Assembly: GCA_964016885.1 (NCBI GenBank)
Contig: OZ024740.1
Span: forward strand, 204,910,001-204,974,000
Origin: Eledone cirrhosa
Taxonomy: Eukaryota
Reading direction: 5' to 3'
Length of the DNA stretch: 64,000 nt
The notes under the pieces were generated by a model that saw only the letters and a list, made by a program, of their open reading frames with translations, did not search any database and was not told where the DNA came from. Position numbers and translations under genes: made by a program. This document shows positions 1-11,975 of the stretch, in pieces (positions within the stretch are counted from its first letter, which is position 1; the number at the start of each line of letters is the position of its first letter).

Positions 1-5
1 TACTC

Positions 6-85
6 TTACAGGACTAGTTCTATTTCTTTCGGTGAAAAATCGTCAGAGAATTATTTTCTTTATCGAAACAGAACTAGTCCTGTAA
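6..85. repeat. short inverted repeat / hairpin
   Basis: ttacaggactagttct (6-21) and agaactagtcctgtaa (70-85) are perfect 16-bp arms. Confidence 0.8.
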
Positions 86-939
86 AGGTTACAGGTCATC
101 TTCCAATAAAACGAGTACCCTTACTCTCTCCACACAAACACATGCCCCAGCATAGCCGTCCTCTAATACATGCGTTACAGTAAAAGTAATACAAAATTTG
201 AATAGTTTTAGTTTATTCATATTAGCTATTTAAACTATAAATAAATTTTGTCCACCGTTTTAAAAAAAAATGTGTGTGGGTATGTATGTATGTATGTATA
301 TATATATATATGTGTGTGTGTGTATAGTCGTTTGTTGCACTGTAAAAGGGGAAAAAAGCCTCTGCTATTTTATAAGTAGCCCGCTCCTAGGCCAAGATTG
401 AATAAACCGTTTATGAAGGACACTTATGTTTTAAACTGTTTACAGTAGTTAGATAGCACAGCTATATATTATCATCGTTTAATGTCCGTTTTCCATATAT
501 ATATATAATGTATGCATAGTGTATGTAGTAAATGGAGAGTTTAGATTGAGGGATACCGTCATATTTTTTCTCCATTTTTCCTTGTCTTTCACCTGCATTT
601 TGCTAATTTCCCAATACTCCCACTGATATTTAATTTGTTTGTTTTTTTTAACTTATAATCCCTCTTTTCTCATTTTTCAAATTCTTTTCGTTCGTGCCTT
701 ATAGGTTTTGAAATAATGTTCATCCTGTCTCATCACTTAGCTCAAATCCTCCTTTCTCGCGTGTATGAATGCAGAGCAGAAAACAAATATAAGAGTTTGA
801 AATATTTAAAAAAATAGGTAGGGAGGGAGACAGAGAAAAAACAGTTACGGAATGGAACATAAAAGTGAAAATAAGGGACATTTATTAGATGTAAGCAAAG
901 AGATTTAAGAATGACTGAAAGGATCGAACAATAATAAAG

Positions 940-2010
940 AAAACGGAGAGACTAGAAGATAGAGAGGAAGGGGGAGAGAGAATAGTAGGAGGGTAGCAGT
1001 TAGTAATTAAGGAGGGGGAATAAAGACAGATAGAGAGAGAGTAGTAGGAGGAGTGAAACAGCATTAGTAATTAGTAAGTGAAATATAGTTAGTAATTAGA
1101 GGGCGATAACGAGAGTAAGTTGCTAGGTTAAGAGTGAAAAAGAAGAATGATATAAGATAGATAGAACAGAGTGAGAGTAAGAATGAAATAGAGTTGGTAA
1201 TTAGGGAGGGAAATAAAAAGAGTAGGTTGCTATGTTAAGAGAAAATGGAGAGAAACTATAAATATAGTGGGAGAGTAGTGGAAGGATGAGTGAAAGATAG
1301 TTAGAAATTAGAGAGGGAAATATAGAGGGTAGGTTGATAGGTTAAGAGAGCAAAAGAAGACAAGACTTATATTAAGACACTGAGACAGCGTGTAGTGTAC
1401 GCATGTGAACTTATTCACAATTTATGTTAATAGATTTGTAAAAAGAATTATACCAAGAACAAGAGAGAGAAAATCAGCGGCGATGGTGGTCAAAAGAAGA
1501 TAGTGATGAAGGTGTAGAGAAAAAGAATGATGGTATAGAAAAGAGAGAGAAAGATATAGGCAGGAGTGACGAACGTATCTATGAGAGAGACACTGATGAA
1601 AGTCTAGGGAGGGAGAGAGTAATGAAGGTGTAGAGAAAAACATGGTATATAGAGAGAGAGACGAAGATACAGAAAGAAAGAGTGATGAAGATATAGAAAG
1701 AAAGAGTGACGAACGTGTAGATGAGAGGGAGAAAGACGATGGTGTAGAGAGAAAGAGTGAAGATGTAGAAAATGACGAACATGTAGAGAAAGAAAGAGTA
1801 ACGAAGCTATAGAGGGGTAAAGATAGTGATGGATATGTAGAGAGAGAGAGGCGAAGATAGAGAAAGAGAAAGAGTGACGAAGCTATAGAGGGGAATATAG
1901 TGTCAGATATGTGGAGAGAGAGAGAGAGGTGAAGATATAGAAAGGGAAAGAGTGATAAAGACGTAGAAAGAAAAAGATTGACAGTAGAGCTATGTAAAGA
2001 AGTGGAGGTC
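940..2010. repeat. GA-rich degenerate minisatellite / low complexity
   Basis: Recurrent gagtgacgaagatatagaaag and gttagtaattag motifs, strong purine skew. Confidence 0.8.
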
Positions 2011-4287
2011 GGGCAATTATTTTTTTATATTTCTTTTATGAATGTGGTAGGAAGAGAGTAATAAGACAGAAAATCAAAGAATGTGAGTAGATATATATAT
2101 CGAAAGAAGTAGAAAAAGAATAAATCGTATAGAAGAGAAGGGAAGCTGTTTTTAAATATACATTCATGCACATACAAATATGTATATATTATATTACTGA
2201 GAGTTTTGCAGTTTTCCATATGATGAACGGCAACCCGCAAAACTCAGAGTAGCATGAGCACTTTTTCTTCGTTTGCAAACCAAAACCGACGGATATATAT
2301 TCTACATGAAGTGTGTGTCAGTAGAGAGCAAAATGGGTAAGGTAAAAAATGAAAGAAAAGATGATAAAATCTTTTGCTACAGAAAGAAGAGAGTTTGTGT
2401 CTTTGTGCGTGTATATATATGGCATGAGAGTGTCTATATAAAGTGGACAGGGAGGCGAAAGATGTATAAAGAATTTGTAGGTAAAGAACATATATATATT
2501 TATACACACATATAGGAAAAAAGAAAGAGTAGGAGGAAATGAGTAAGAACACATACACACATATATAGAAAGAGAGGGATTGGTGAAAGAGAGAGAGTGG
2601 GAGGAGGAGATAGAGAATGGTGGGGAAATAGCAAGAGAAATGACAAAAAGACTAAGTGTGTATTATGGTGGGAAGGACAGAAAGAGTAGGAAGTAAAGAG
2701 GACAAAGTGTAAGTAGTTGCTATATAAAGAGAATAACAGTAAAAGAGGACAGAGTTCATATATATATATACGTGTGTGATTGTGTGCACTGACAGACACA
2801 CGTACACACACTCTCTATATATATATATTCTTCTCTCTATTTATAAAGAGACAGCTTGACGAAGAGACCAAACTGGAACTTCGAAGTCACTCACTTTCCT
2901 ATCCAGAAAATAAAATTTACACTACCTACACGTATTGAGTGCTCATTCAGCATTCAATGTTTTTTTAAGTACAATGATATTTTAAACACCCATTCTAACA
3001 TATAAGATTTTTTTAATGATATATATATATATATATATATAAATACACACACACACACGTGCGTGTGTGTCAGTGTATGACAGAAGAGAATGTTTAAAAC
3101 AAAGAAATGAATCACTAGATAATATATATAATGGGAAGGACAGACAGAGAAAGAGAATGAGTAGATAGGAGGACAGTGGGTTTATTGGTTTGTAGAATGT
3201 AGTAAAGAGAATATTATTTGATGATGTATAGGTAAAAAAGAAACAAATCAGAAAAATTAAGAGAGATTTAAAGATAAGGGTAATTGAATAAAAATCAGCA
3301 GAAGATAAAAGGGGAGAGTTTATTAAATGAGAGAAGCTAAGAATAAGTAGATGGTTAAGAAAAATAGGTTAGTGGACAGAATTATGCAGCACATGAAATA
3401 AAATTCCACAATGAAAATTCCCCAGTGTGGAAGAAATGAGTAATGTTTTAGTTGATCATTGGCAGAACAGAAATTGAGATGACTGGAGTGTTGTGCATGT
3501 AATTCCACTGAATTCATTGCATGGTCAAGTCATAGCCATGCTTCTTCTCCCTCACCGCGTCATCTTTGACACATCGTTGCCACCAACTAAACTTGGCCTT
3601 TTTTTAAATAACTATTGCATAACTCTGTTGTCTCCTTAGTTAGTTAGCACTTGCATCTGAACTGCATCTACCATTTCAGAGAGTGTTTATATTATTATTA
3701 TTGTTAATAACCACCCTCCTCTTGTCGTTGTTTTAAACAGTGCTCTTACTCAGTTCTTTGCAATCATCCTCTCTCTTTCCCATTCTGACACCCAGTCTCA
3801 CTTCTTCCTCATATATGCTGATGACTCACTGATTCTTAACTTTAGAGACAAGCACAGATAACAGCAGTGAAGAACTTCATTTATTTCAAGTTATTCTGCT
3901 CATTTCTCTCTTTTTCATTATAGTTTTATGTTTTCTTTTCTTGCCAATCACCCAACTCAAAACATATGCAGTCTTTCTGCTTCTTTTTTTACCCACCTTC
4001 CCAGCTAAAGCATTTTTTTTTTCGTCAATTTTGTCTTTTTGATATTTGATAATGAACACAGTTATTGGAGGCAACAGAGTATGTTTACATTCTTTTATAC
4101 CAGGATCAAAAGAATAGAATATTTTTTTAAAGACGGAATAACATTATGCAATATATTATATACATGTCCTTGCTAACAGGAAAAACAGACGTTAAATGAT
4201 TATTTATACATATATATATATATGCAGGAAATCTGTAGATAAAAGGTCAAGGAAAACAATGCTCTATCTAATACAAGAGAGCCTGTT

Positions 4288-4565
4288 TAGTATAATTAAA
4301 ATTTAATCACTTAACACGAATGCGCGACCTTAGGTTTCGGGATCCAGTTATGGCCACCACTGTATAGTAGAGGAGCCGTTTCAAAACTGGTATCTCGTCA
4401 GTTCATCCATCGGTGGCCAGAATAACATTTTTATCCTGGCACTCGATGAACTGACGAGAGACCAGTTATGAAACGGCTCCTCTACTATACAATGATGGGC
4501 ATAACTGGACCCCGAAACCTAAGGTCGCGCTTTCATGTTAAGCGTATGAAATTTTAATTATACTA
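4288..4565. mobile_element. ~280-bp palindromic element with hammerhead-like cores (probably Penelope-like terminal repeat)
   Basis: Arms ~4288-4408 and ~4445-4565 are reverse complements; CTGACGA...ccagttatg/cataactgg...CGAAAC-CTAAG-GTC in the arms. Confidence 0.6.
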
Positions 4566-4727
4566 TATATAATTTTCAAATATTTATTGACACCCAAAAG
4601 ACAGAATGAAAAAGTTGACTTCAGGATTTAAACTCGGAGCACAGAGAGCTGGAACAAATACATTTTAACCAATTAATATAATTAAAAAAATTTAACCAAT
4701 GATCGAAGGATTCTGCTAATTTGTGAA

Positions 4728-5130
4728 TCCATTCTTTTCAGCCTGTGACGTTTGGTGGAGTTGGGCCACTGACATCGAAGTTCTTGATATCGCTGGCAGC
4801 TCTCCTTACTGGGGTGGCAGGTGATGCTCGTGAGGGTGCTTGGTTGTTTCAGCACTTTAGCCTCGCCTTCACCCGTGGTAATGTTGCAAGCAGGTTGGTT
4901 TGCCTCAAAGTGTTCCGTTGACCCTTGTGGTGTGCGGCCGATTGTCGTACTTGGTGATGAATTGATGGTCGTTTTTGTTTTTGCTTCCTCCTTTTTTCTT
5001 TCTTTCTCTCACTCTGGTCATATATTTTGGTGCGTTGTTTTTGTGAGGTTCCTAGCAATGGTTAATTGTATTTGTTATATGTGTTTATATTTGTGTTTAT
5101 CAAAGACATTTTATTTGTTAATAATAAAAT
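4728..5130 (+). mobile_element. 3' fragment of a CRE-like (restriction-like endonuclease) non-LTR retrotransposon
   Basis: Translates FQPVTFGGVGPLTSKFLISLAALLTGVAGDAREGAWLFQHFSLAFTRGNVASRLVCL*, matching the CRE C-terminal motif LFQRLS.A..RGNA; T-rich 3'UTR with AATAAA. Confidence 0.7.
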
Positions 5131-5744
5131 ATTACGGCCTTTTCCTATCTGTATATCGAACCATTACATGGTTGCTCGACCTGCTAGAAATAACAGCAAA
5201 ATGTGCCTCAAATCTGACCCTAACCTTTTGTTAGGAATAAATACAACAAATCTAATCCTAAAAAGACAAGATGGTCAACTTTGTTATAGTTAGAATTAAC
5301 TATCGTTGTTTTTGTCAGTTTCCCCACGTTTGGCGTGGGTTAAATGAAGCGCAGTTTCATGGGTGTTGAGCAACTGAAAGTATAAGACCATCACAGGGTT
5401 TCCCGTTTGCTTCTGGCCATTCATTTTCAGCTGAGTGAACTGGAAAAACGTGCAAGTGCCATGCTCAAGAACACGACATATCGCTCAATCTAGGAATTGA
5501 ACCTACCACCTTATGATCAATCACTAGGCCAGCAGTCTCCACGCAGAAAGATAAATAGCATTTGTATGTATGTATGGTCCCGTAACTCCTAATAGAGCTG
5601 TAGGTGCGTCGTATTGACATATGGCGTTTCTTGGGCATTTTTAAGCCTGGCGGAGCCCATCCCTCTCCAAGCCTGATTACAGCAGATTTCTTCCAGAGAA
5701 AGAGAGAAAACGAGAAAGAGATATAGAGGAAGAATCGACGGCAG

Positions 5745-5890
5745 CACTGGTACTTTTTTTTTTTATCAACCTCAAAAGGATAAAAAGCAAAGTTGACCTC
5801 GGCGGAATTTGAACTCAGAAATAGAGAGCCGGAACGAATACCATAAAGCATTCTATCCAACGTTCTAACGACTCTGTCAATTCGCCGCCT
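5745..5890 (-). mobile_element. tRNA-derived SINE (family A)
   Basis: GGCGGCGAATTG head, B-box GAGTTCAAATTCC, gccgaggtcaactttgc...gataaaa...gtaccagt body. Confidence 0.8.
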
Positions 5891-6453
5891 ATAAATAACA
5901 TTTACGAAGCTAGAATTTTTCGGCTGGACTTTTTTTTACAAATTATTTCCTATTCAGTGTCTAGAGTTTAGATCGAGACTATATCTAAAGTCATCCTATA
6001 ATTATTTAGCAGAAAATATCCATGAGCAGATTTGTCAATTCAAATGTTTATAGTATGTTTACTAGTGGGCAGACTTTTGTGGAAATTTGCAGTTTTCAAG
6101 AATGTCTTGCTAATGTGATTTCATTTGATGCAGGACGTTAAAAGTTAATAGATGTTATTCCTTTTTAAATAGCTCATACGAATTAAATAGATTATATCAA
6201 TTAAATGTCAGAAACCTCATAGCTCATTTATTTGTATCCTGAAAGCATAAATATTGCTGAATGCTAATCGTAATAAGTGTTCAGGCCAAGATAAAAAGGA
6301 AATGAACAAAAATGAAGAAAAAATAAACAATACTGAGAGAGTGATACATATATGTATATGTTCATGTATGTGTATGTGGTATATGTATATATATATATAT
6401 ATATATAATAAAGACTTTTGATGTATTGAAGGCTTCTTTGTTTTACTCTCTTA

Positions 6454-6487
<34 letters not shown>

Positions 6488-6491
6488 CTGG

Positions 6492-6523
<32 letters not shown>

Positions 6524-7366
6524 CAGAGATACAGAGAGAGAATAAGTTGGGAGGAGGCAAGTATTTATCTATCTACCAGTTAAATTCAATTAAGTACATT
6601 ATTGTGCCATGAAAATCAATGACATGATATTTGCTACTAAAGTTAATATGGAATGTCCTATTTGATATAATTGACAAAGTCAATTCAGACTAAAGTCTTG
6701 CTAGGAAGAGTTGAAACAAACAGATTATTCTTTTTAGTGAGTAGAGCTAAAAACAAAATTGCTTTTCCAAAATAAACTTTTTAAACCTTTCATTACCATA
6801 TTTCTAATGAAAAACACTGCCTATGATTTTCAAATAATTTCTAAAATAATTGGTATAACGTTACTCAATAGAGTGCGTAGCTCAGCGATCAGAGGGTCAC
6901 ACCAGGTAAAGCCACTACTTCTCTGAATTGAGATATCACAGCTCCAATACTATGGGCATGTGGTTAGAATGTCTCAGGAAAGAATTGCTGGACAGATTTT
7001 ATGGACAAAACCAACCGACAGGATACCCAGGGGTAGACCCTGAGCAAGATAGTTGGATAACATCCATGAGCTTGACTGGTTTCGCTTGGGAATCTAGTCG
7101 GATCAGTTGGAGATGGTTGCTTCTGACAGGACCTGCTGGAAGGAGTTTTTGAGGACTCTGCCTTCATGACCCTCTCAAGAAGAATTGGGCTAAAAAAAAT
7201 TTGGATAGATTTAATAATAGATCTTTCTCATTATTGGGCCATTTTAGAGCATAATTGATTGTCAAACAAAAAAAGCTTTTGTTACCAATCACCTGAATAA
7301 GCTCCAGACTTCTTCCAGTCTATGCAACCATGGAAAAATGGAAAATGATAATATAACTTACACAGT

Positions 7367-7588
7367 TTAACCCTTTCATGACTGTATTTCTAATGAAATC
7401 CACCCTTTTTCAATACATTAATAAAGAATTTTCAGGGATTTACTAAAATTATGATCCTTTCATCACTAAGATAGTAACTTAACATATGAGTTTATATATA
7501 AAATCATGGAAGATTTTTATTTAAAATGGATAGTTTTGTTTTATAGAACCAAAGCTGATTTTGGGCAGGTTGGTATCAAAAGGGTTGA
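7367..7588. mobile_element. TTAA-CCC-terminated MITE family 2 (other copies ~25916-26148, 28905-29143, ~34700-35130, ~44013-44640)
   Basis: ttaaccctttcatgac...ggtatcaaaagggtt termini with shared internal sequence among copies. Confidence 0.65.
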
Positions 7589-7799
7589 AATATAGGGCCA
7601 GCAAATATTAGTAGATGAAAAGTATACACAGCACACAAAGAGGCTGAAACAAGGAGGCTTGTCAATATCTTTCAATAAGGAGGCCACGAGCATGAGTTGT
7701 TCTGCACTGCAAGGCAGTGTTTCCATGTGAATCAGGATGTTGTTGGTGAAAAGTGTGTTCGAAATGATGCCAGTGCACTGAGCATCACTAATGTTCAAA

Positions 7800-8822
7800 A
7801 GAAAGAGGCTGATAAATGGGAGGAAATAGAGACTATTCTTAGCAGACCCAATAGAGAGACCAGCTATTGAAATTGAGTTACAGGGTCAAAGAAGCAATGA
7901 AGGAGATGAAAATGGTAAAGCTGCTGGACCCAGGGATAGTTACTGTGTTGCTAAAAGCATCAAAGAAAGTAGGAACTGAACTAGTCACTCTCATAGTCAA
8001 TCAGGAAATACAGGAGGTCATATCCAATGACTGGCATAGCAGTAGACTCATTAATTGCTACAACGGAAAAGGTGATGCCCTAGAAAGGAGTAACAACAGG
8101 GGAACAAAACTAATGGACCAAGTTATAAAAGAAATGAAATGAGTTCTAGCACAACTAATTAAAAAGAATAAAGTTAGATGAGATGCAGATCAGTTTTGTG
8201 CCAGGGAGAAGCACCACAGATTTCCTCTTCCTAGTGAAACAACGTTTAGAGAAGTTCCTAGCTAAGAATAAGCCATGGAATAGTAGTATCAGTAGAGCAT
8301 TGGACAACATGCTTTGTGGAATAGAGTTATGTCCCTTTACATTGAGTTCAAATCCTGCCTGCCAAGGTTAGCTTTGCCTTTCATCCTTATGGGGTCGATA
8401 AAATAAAGTACCAGTAACATACTGAGATCGATTCAATAGATTTCCCCTCCCCCAAAAATTGTTGTGCCTAAATCAGAAATCATTATATTTAGCTTTCTGT
8501 TGATCTAGAAAAGGCATTTAATAGAGTATCACGATCTGTCACCTGGTGGTCCTTAAGGAAACTATGGATAGAAGAATGGCGTGAGAGCAGTGTAAGCCAT
8601 GTACTGAGAAGCAGTCAGTAAAGTGAGAGTAAGAAATGAGTTTAGTGAGAGATTCAAGGATCAGGTAGGAGTGCATCGGGGCTCATTCCTCAGCTCTCTT
8701 CTGTTTATTATAGTTTGCAGGCGTTTAAGAGTTTAAGACGGGCTGTCTATGGGAATTTCTCTATGCAGATGATCTGGTTCTTATAGCTGAATCTGTGGAA
8801 GAACTAGAGAATAAGTTCTGTG
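7800..8822 (+). mobile_element. degraded RTE LINE RT fragment, interrupted by a SINE (~8283-8490)
   Basis: NCYNGKGDALERSNNRGTKLMDQV, MQISFVPGRSTTD, YADDL motifs with frameshifts. Confidence 0.85.
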
Positions 8823-9240
8823 TATCCCTGTCTTTTGTGTGTCCTGTAACATAACAGTTCTACAAATAGAAATCGATATAATAAATATTACACTTAAAGA
8901 AATACTGGGATTGATATGATAAATCCTTGAAATTGGTGCTGCAGTTCAATTACTGAAACCAGTAAAAGAATGACACCACATTTTGAATGTTTCAATTCTC
9001 TTCTATCTAGTTTGTTTATCATCCAGCTTCCACACCCATTGTATATACCATTGATTTTAATAATCTACCTTTCATCATACATAATTACATGGTAGCTTTT
9101 ACAAAAGCTAATCATCATCATTATATTCATGTTTATCTATCACCATTTTATGTCCGCTCTTCTATGACTGTAAAGGTCTTTCCTAACACAGCTTCCTAGT
9201 GTTCCTTTGTCTTCTCCTCTAATCTTTATTTGAATTTCAT

Positions 9241-9459
9241 TTAATCCTTTAGCATTTACATTACTCTATAAATACTATTATATTTCCATGGTAAAGGCTT
9301 TACCTCACATCATTATTTCACATAATATAAAATCTATGAGATTTTGATGCTATTTATTTCGAGAACAATACCTTAACATCAGTATGAGTAGCCAGTTTGA
9401 ACAGAAAGAGATGAGAGAATTCTGGCTGGATACAGCTGGTTTAAATACTAAGGGGTTAA
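9241..9459. mobile_element. piggyBac-like non-autonomous MITE family 1 (other copies 12580-12799, 13669-13839, 32666-32885, 34813-35046, 35671-35881, 37914-38108, 44036-44485)
   Basis: TTAA|CCCTTTAGCATTTA ... TAAATGCTAAAGGG|TTAA termini and conserved ~220-bp body in both orientations. Confidence 0.8.
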
Positions 9460-10361
9460 TCATCTCCCACTTCTTTTAAACTTGTATCCAAGAGAAGTAA
9501 ACTCATCTCCTACATCTACCATTTGTTCATGGACACAGCATGGCCAAATGGTTGAGAGGTTCCCCACAATCTTTAGGTCCTTGTTTTGAACCCGGTGTGT
9601 GGCTCATTGGACAAGTGTCATTTACTATAGCATTCAGTCGACCCATGCCTTGTGAATGAAATTAGGTAGACAGAAACTATTTGGAAGCCCATCAGATGGA
9701 CCATGCCTGTAATTCAAATGGTCAGTCTTGTCACACACCATGTCATGCGGAATCACTCTTAAGAATTACATTAAGGGTTCAAATGTCTGCGGAATGCTAG
9801 GCTGTCCTATTGATTGAAAAGCTAGAACACTCGTCGTTGAAACTGATGAGATCCATTTCATTTAATCTGATTTGCAATCTTAAATTCCTTTAACCCTTTC
9901 AAGACCAAATCGCCTAGAACACTCCTTGGTTCTATGGTGTAAAACGGTTTACTTTAAAGTTTATATATCACAATTTTATGTAAGAACTTTGTTATGTTCC
10001 AAGCATCAGCTTAATGAGAAAGTTAGTTATATTACTAAATCCATCTATATTCTAGATACACTCTTCAGGCAAGGCTGTAGAGTTTTTCACCTACCTATTT
10101 TCTCTTCGTCTTTTAATTGTATTACTGAAGTATAATAAATATACTTAACTCTTAATGTCCAATACTTCAAGAAACAGCATTAGCGTTCTTGAAAAATACA
10201 AAGCAGTATTATGACTGCGCCACATTAAAGTTTACTGTTTATTTTCAGTAAGATGTGGCCAACAATAAAGACACTATAAACATTTGAATTGACAAACCCA
10301 TTTTTAGGTATTTTCTGCTAAATTATTACAGGATGTGTTCATGAGTTTTATATCAGATAAT

Positions 10362-10530
10362 AATTGTTTCTACTTTAGGCACAAGGCCAGCAATTACCCA
10401 GTGCATTACTGGTACTTTATTTTATCGACCACATAAGGATGAAAGGCAAGTCCACCTCGGCGGGATTTGAACTCAGATCGTAAAGGGACGTAACTATGCT
10501 GGAAAGCATGGCGTCCGACCCTCTACCGAT
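10362..10530 (-). mobile_element. tRNA-derived SINE (family A)
   Basis: Reverse complement of the 10812-11000 copy. Confidence 0.8.
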
Positions 10531-10811
10531 ACTATTTGATTCATTTGCAAGCAAACAGCCTCATTATACTGTTTTAGATGACCATCACCATCCTTTTGTT
10601 CTAGCAGTAACAGAGAGAAACAATTGAATATCATCATTATTTGATATAAAACTCACAAATGCATTTACATATCCGCTATGTTAGAGTGAAACTGATTTTG
10701 TTTTTATTACAGGAAGTTAAAAGCATAGTAAAAAATAATAAAAAATTTCAAAATTATTTGAAAAATCATTGACAGTGGTTTTCATTAGAAATCATTATCA
10801 TTTAACCCTAA

Positions 10812-11000
10812 AGGGCGGTGGATTGGCAGTATCGGTAGAGGGTTGGACGCCATGCTTTGACGCATAGAGTTACGGCCCTTGCTATTCTGAGTTCAAATCC
10901 CGCCAAGGTTAACTTTGCCTTTCATCCTTATGGGGTTGATAAAATAAAGTACCAGTAATACACTGGGTAATTGCTGGCCTTGCGCCAAAAAGTAGAAACA
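10812..11000 (+). mobile_element. tRNA-derived SINE (family A) with 16-bp target-site duplication
   Basis: A-box TGGCAGTATCGG, B-box GAGTTCAAATCC; attatcatttaaccct flanks both ends. Confidence 0.85.
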
Positions 11001-11094
11001 ATTATCATTTAACCCTTTAGAATTTAAACCAGCTGTATCCAGCCAGAATTCTCTCACCTTTTTCTATTCAAACCGGCTGCTCAGACTTATAGTT

Positions 11095-11975
11095 TAAACC
11101 ATAAAAGAACTAGAAAATAAATTCCGATTATGGAAACAGAATTTGGAATCAAAAGGTCTGAGAGTAAACTTAGCCAAAACTAAAGTGTTAGTGAGTAGGA
11201 AAGAAGATAGAACATTGATTCCTTCAGAGAAGTGGCCATGCTCAATATGTAGAAAAAAAGTAGGCATAAACTCCATACAATGTACACAAGAGATGTAGTG
11301 GGATAATGAGTAGACTAACAGGAAGGGACGACTTTGTATCTAGAGAATGCATAGGGGTAATCGAGAAGAAGAGTGCCAGTAATATAAACCTTTTCCAGTC
11401 ACAGGAAGGGTCCATAGAAGTGGTTGATAGCTTCTGCTATCTAGGTGACTTAATTAGCAGCAGAAGAGGGTGTGCTGAGAGTATAATAGGTAGCATAAGG
11501 ATAGGATGGAAGAAGTTCAGAGAGCTACTCCTACTGTTGACTACAAAAGGTTTCTCCCTATGTACAAAGGGACAACTGTATGATGCCTGTGTGCGAAGTA
11601 TGATGCTGCATGGGCTATGACTGCAGAGGACATGTGTAGACTGGAGAGAAATAAAGCAACCATGCTTTGTTGGATGTGCAATGCAAGTATGAGAAAAAGG
11701 CTTGGATAAGCTGAGGGAGAAGCTGGATTTAAGAGAAATACGAGGTGGTGTGCAGCAGAGAAGACTGCATTGGTATGGACAATGACCGCTGGGTGAAGAA
11801 ATGCCAGTGGAAGGACATCACACTAGAGGATGATCAAGAAAGACCTGGGCAGAGGTTGAGTGAGCTGACCTCAAATTGCTGAGGAGATGACAAAGGAACA
11901 CGATGAGTGGAGAGATGCTGTGCTGAGTACCCATCTAACCCAAGCAAGCATGGAAAAATGATGATAATGATGAAG
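11095..11975 (+). mobile_element. 5'-truncated RTE LINE (3' part, GAT-repeat tail)
   Basis: VDSFCYLGD...GWKKFRELL...KGQLYDACVRS; ends agcatggaaaaatgatgataatgatg. Confidence 0.85.

Noticed and set aside
1422-2811. Short track ORFs rich in F/L/S/Y/I (also 54292-57329, 6264-6560, 34229-34655)
   Set aside because: Artefacts of GA-rich, (TA)n, (CA)n and (TAG)n simple repeats
3400-3700. Non-repetitive, slightly GC-richer segment as an exon
   Set aside because: No frame bounded by credible splice sites; could be regulatory but unsupported
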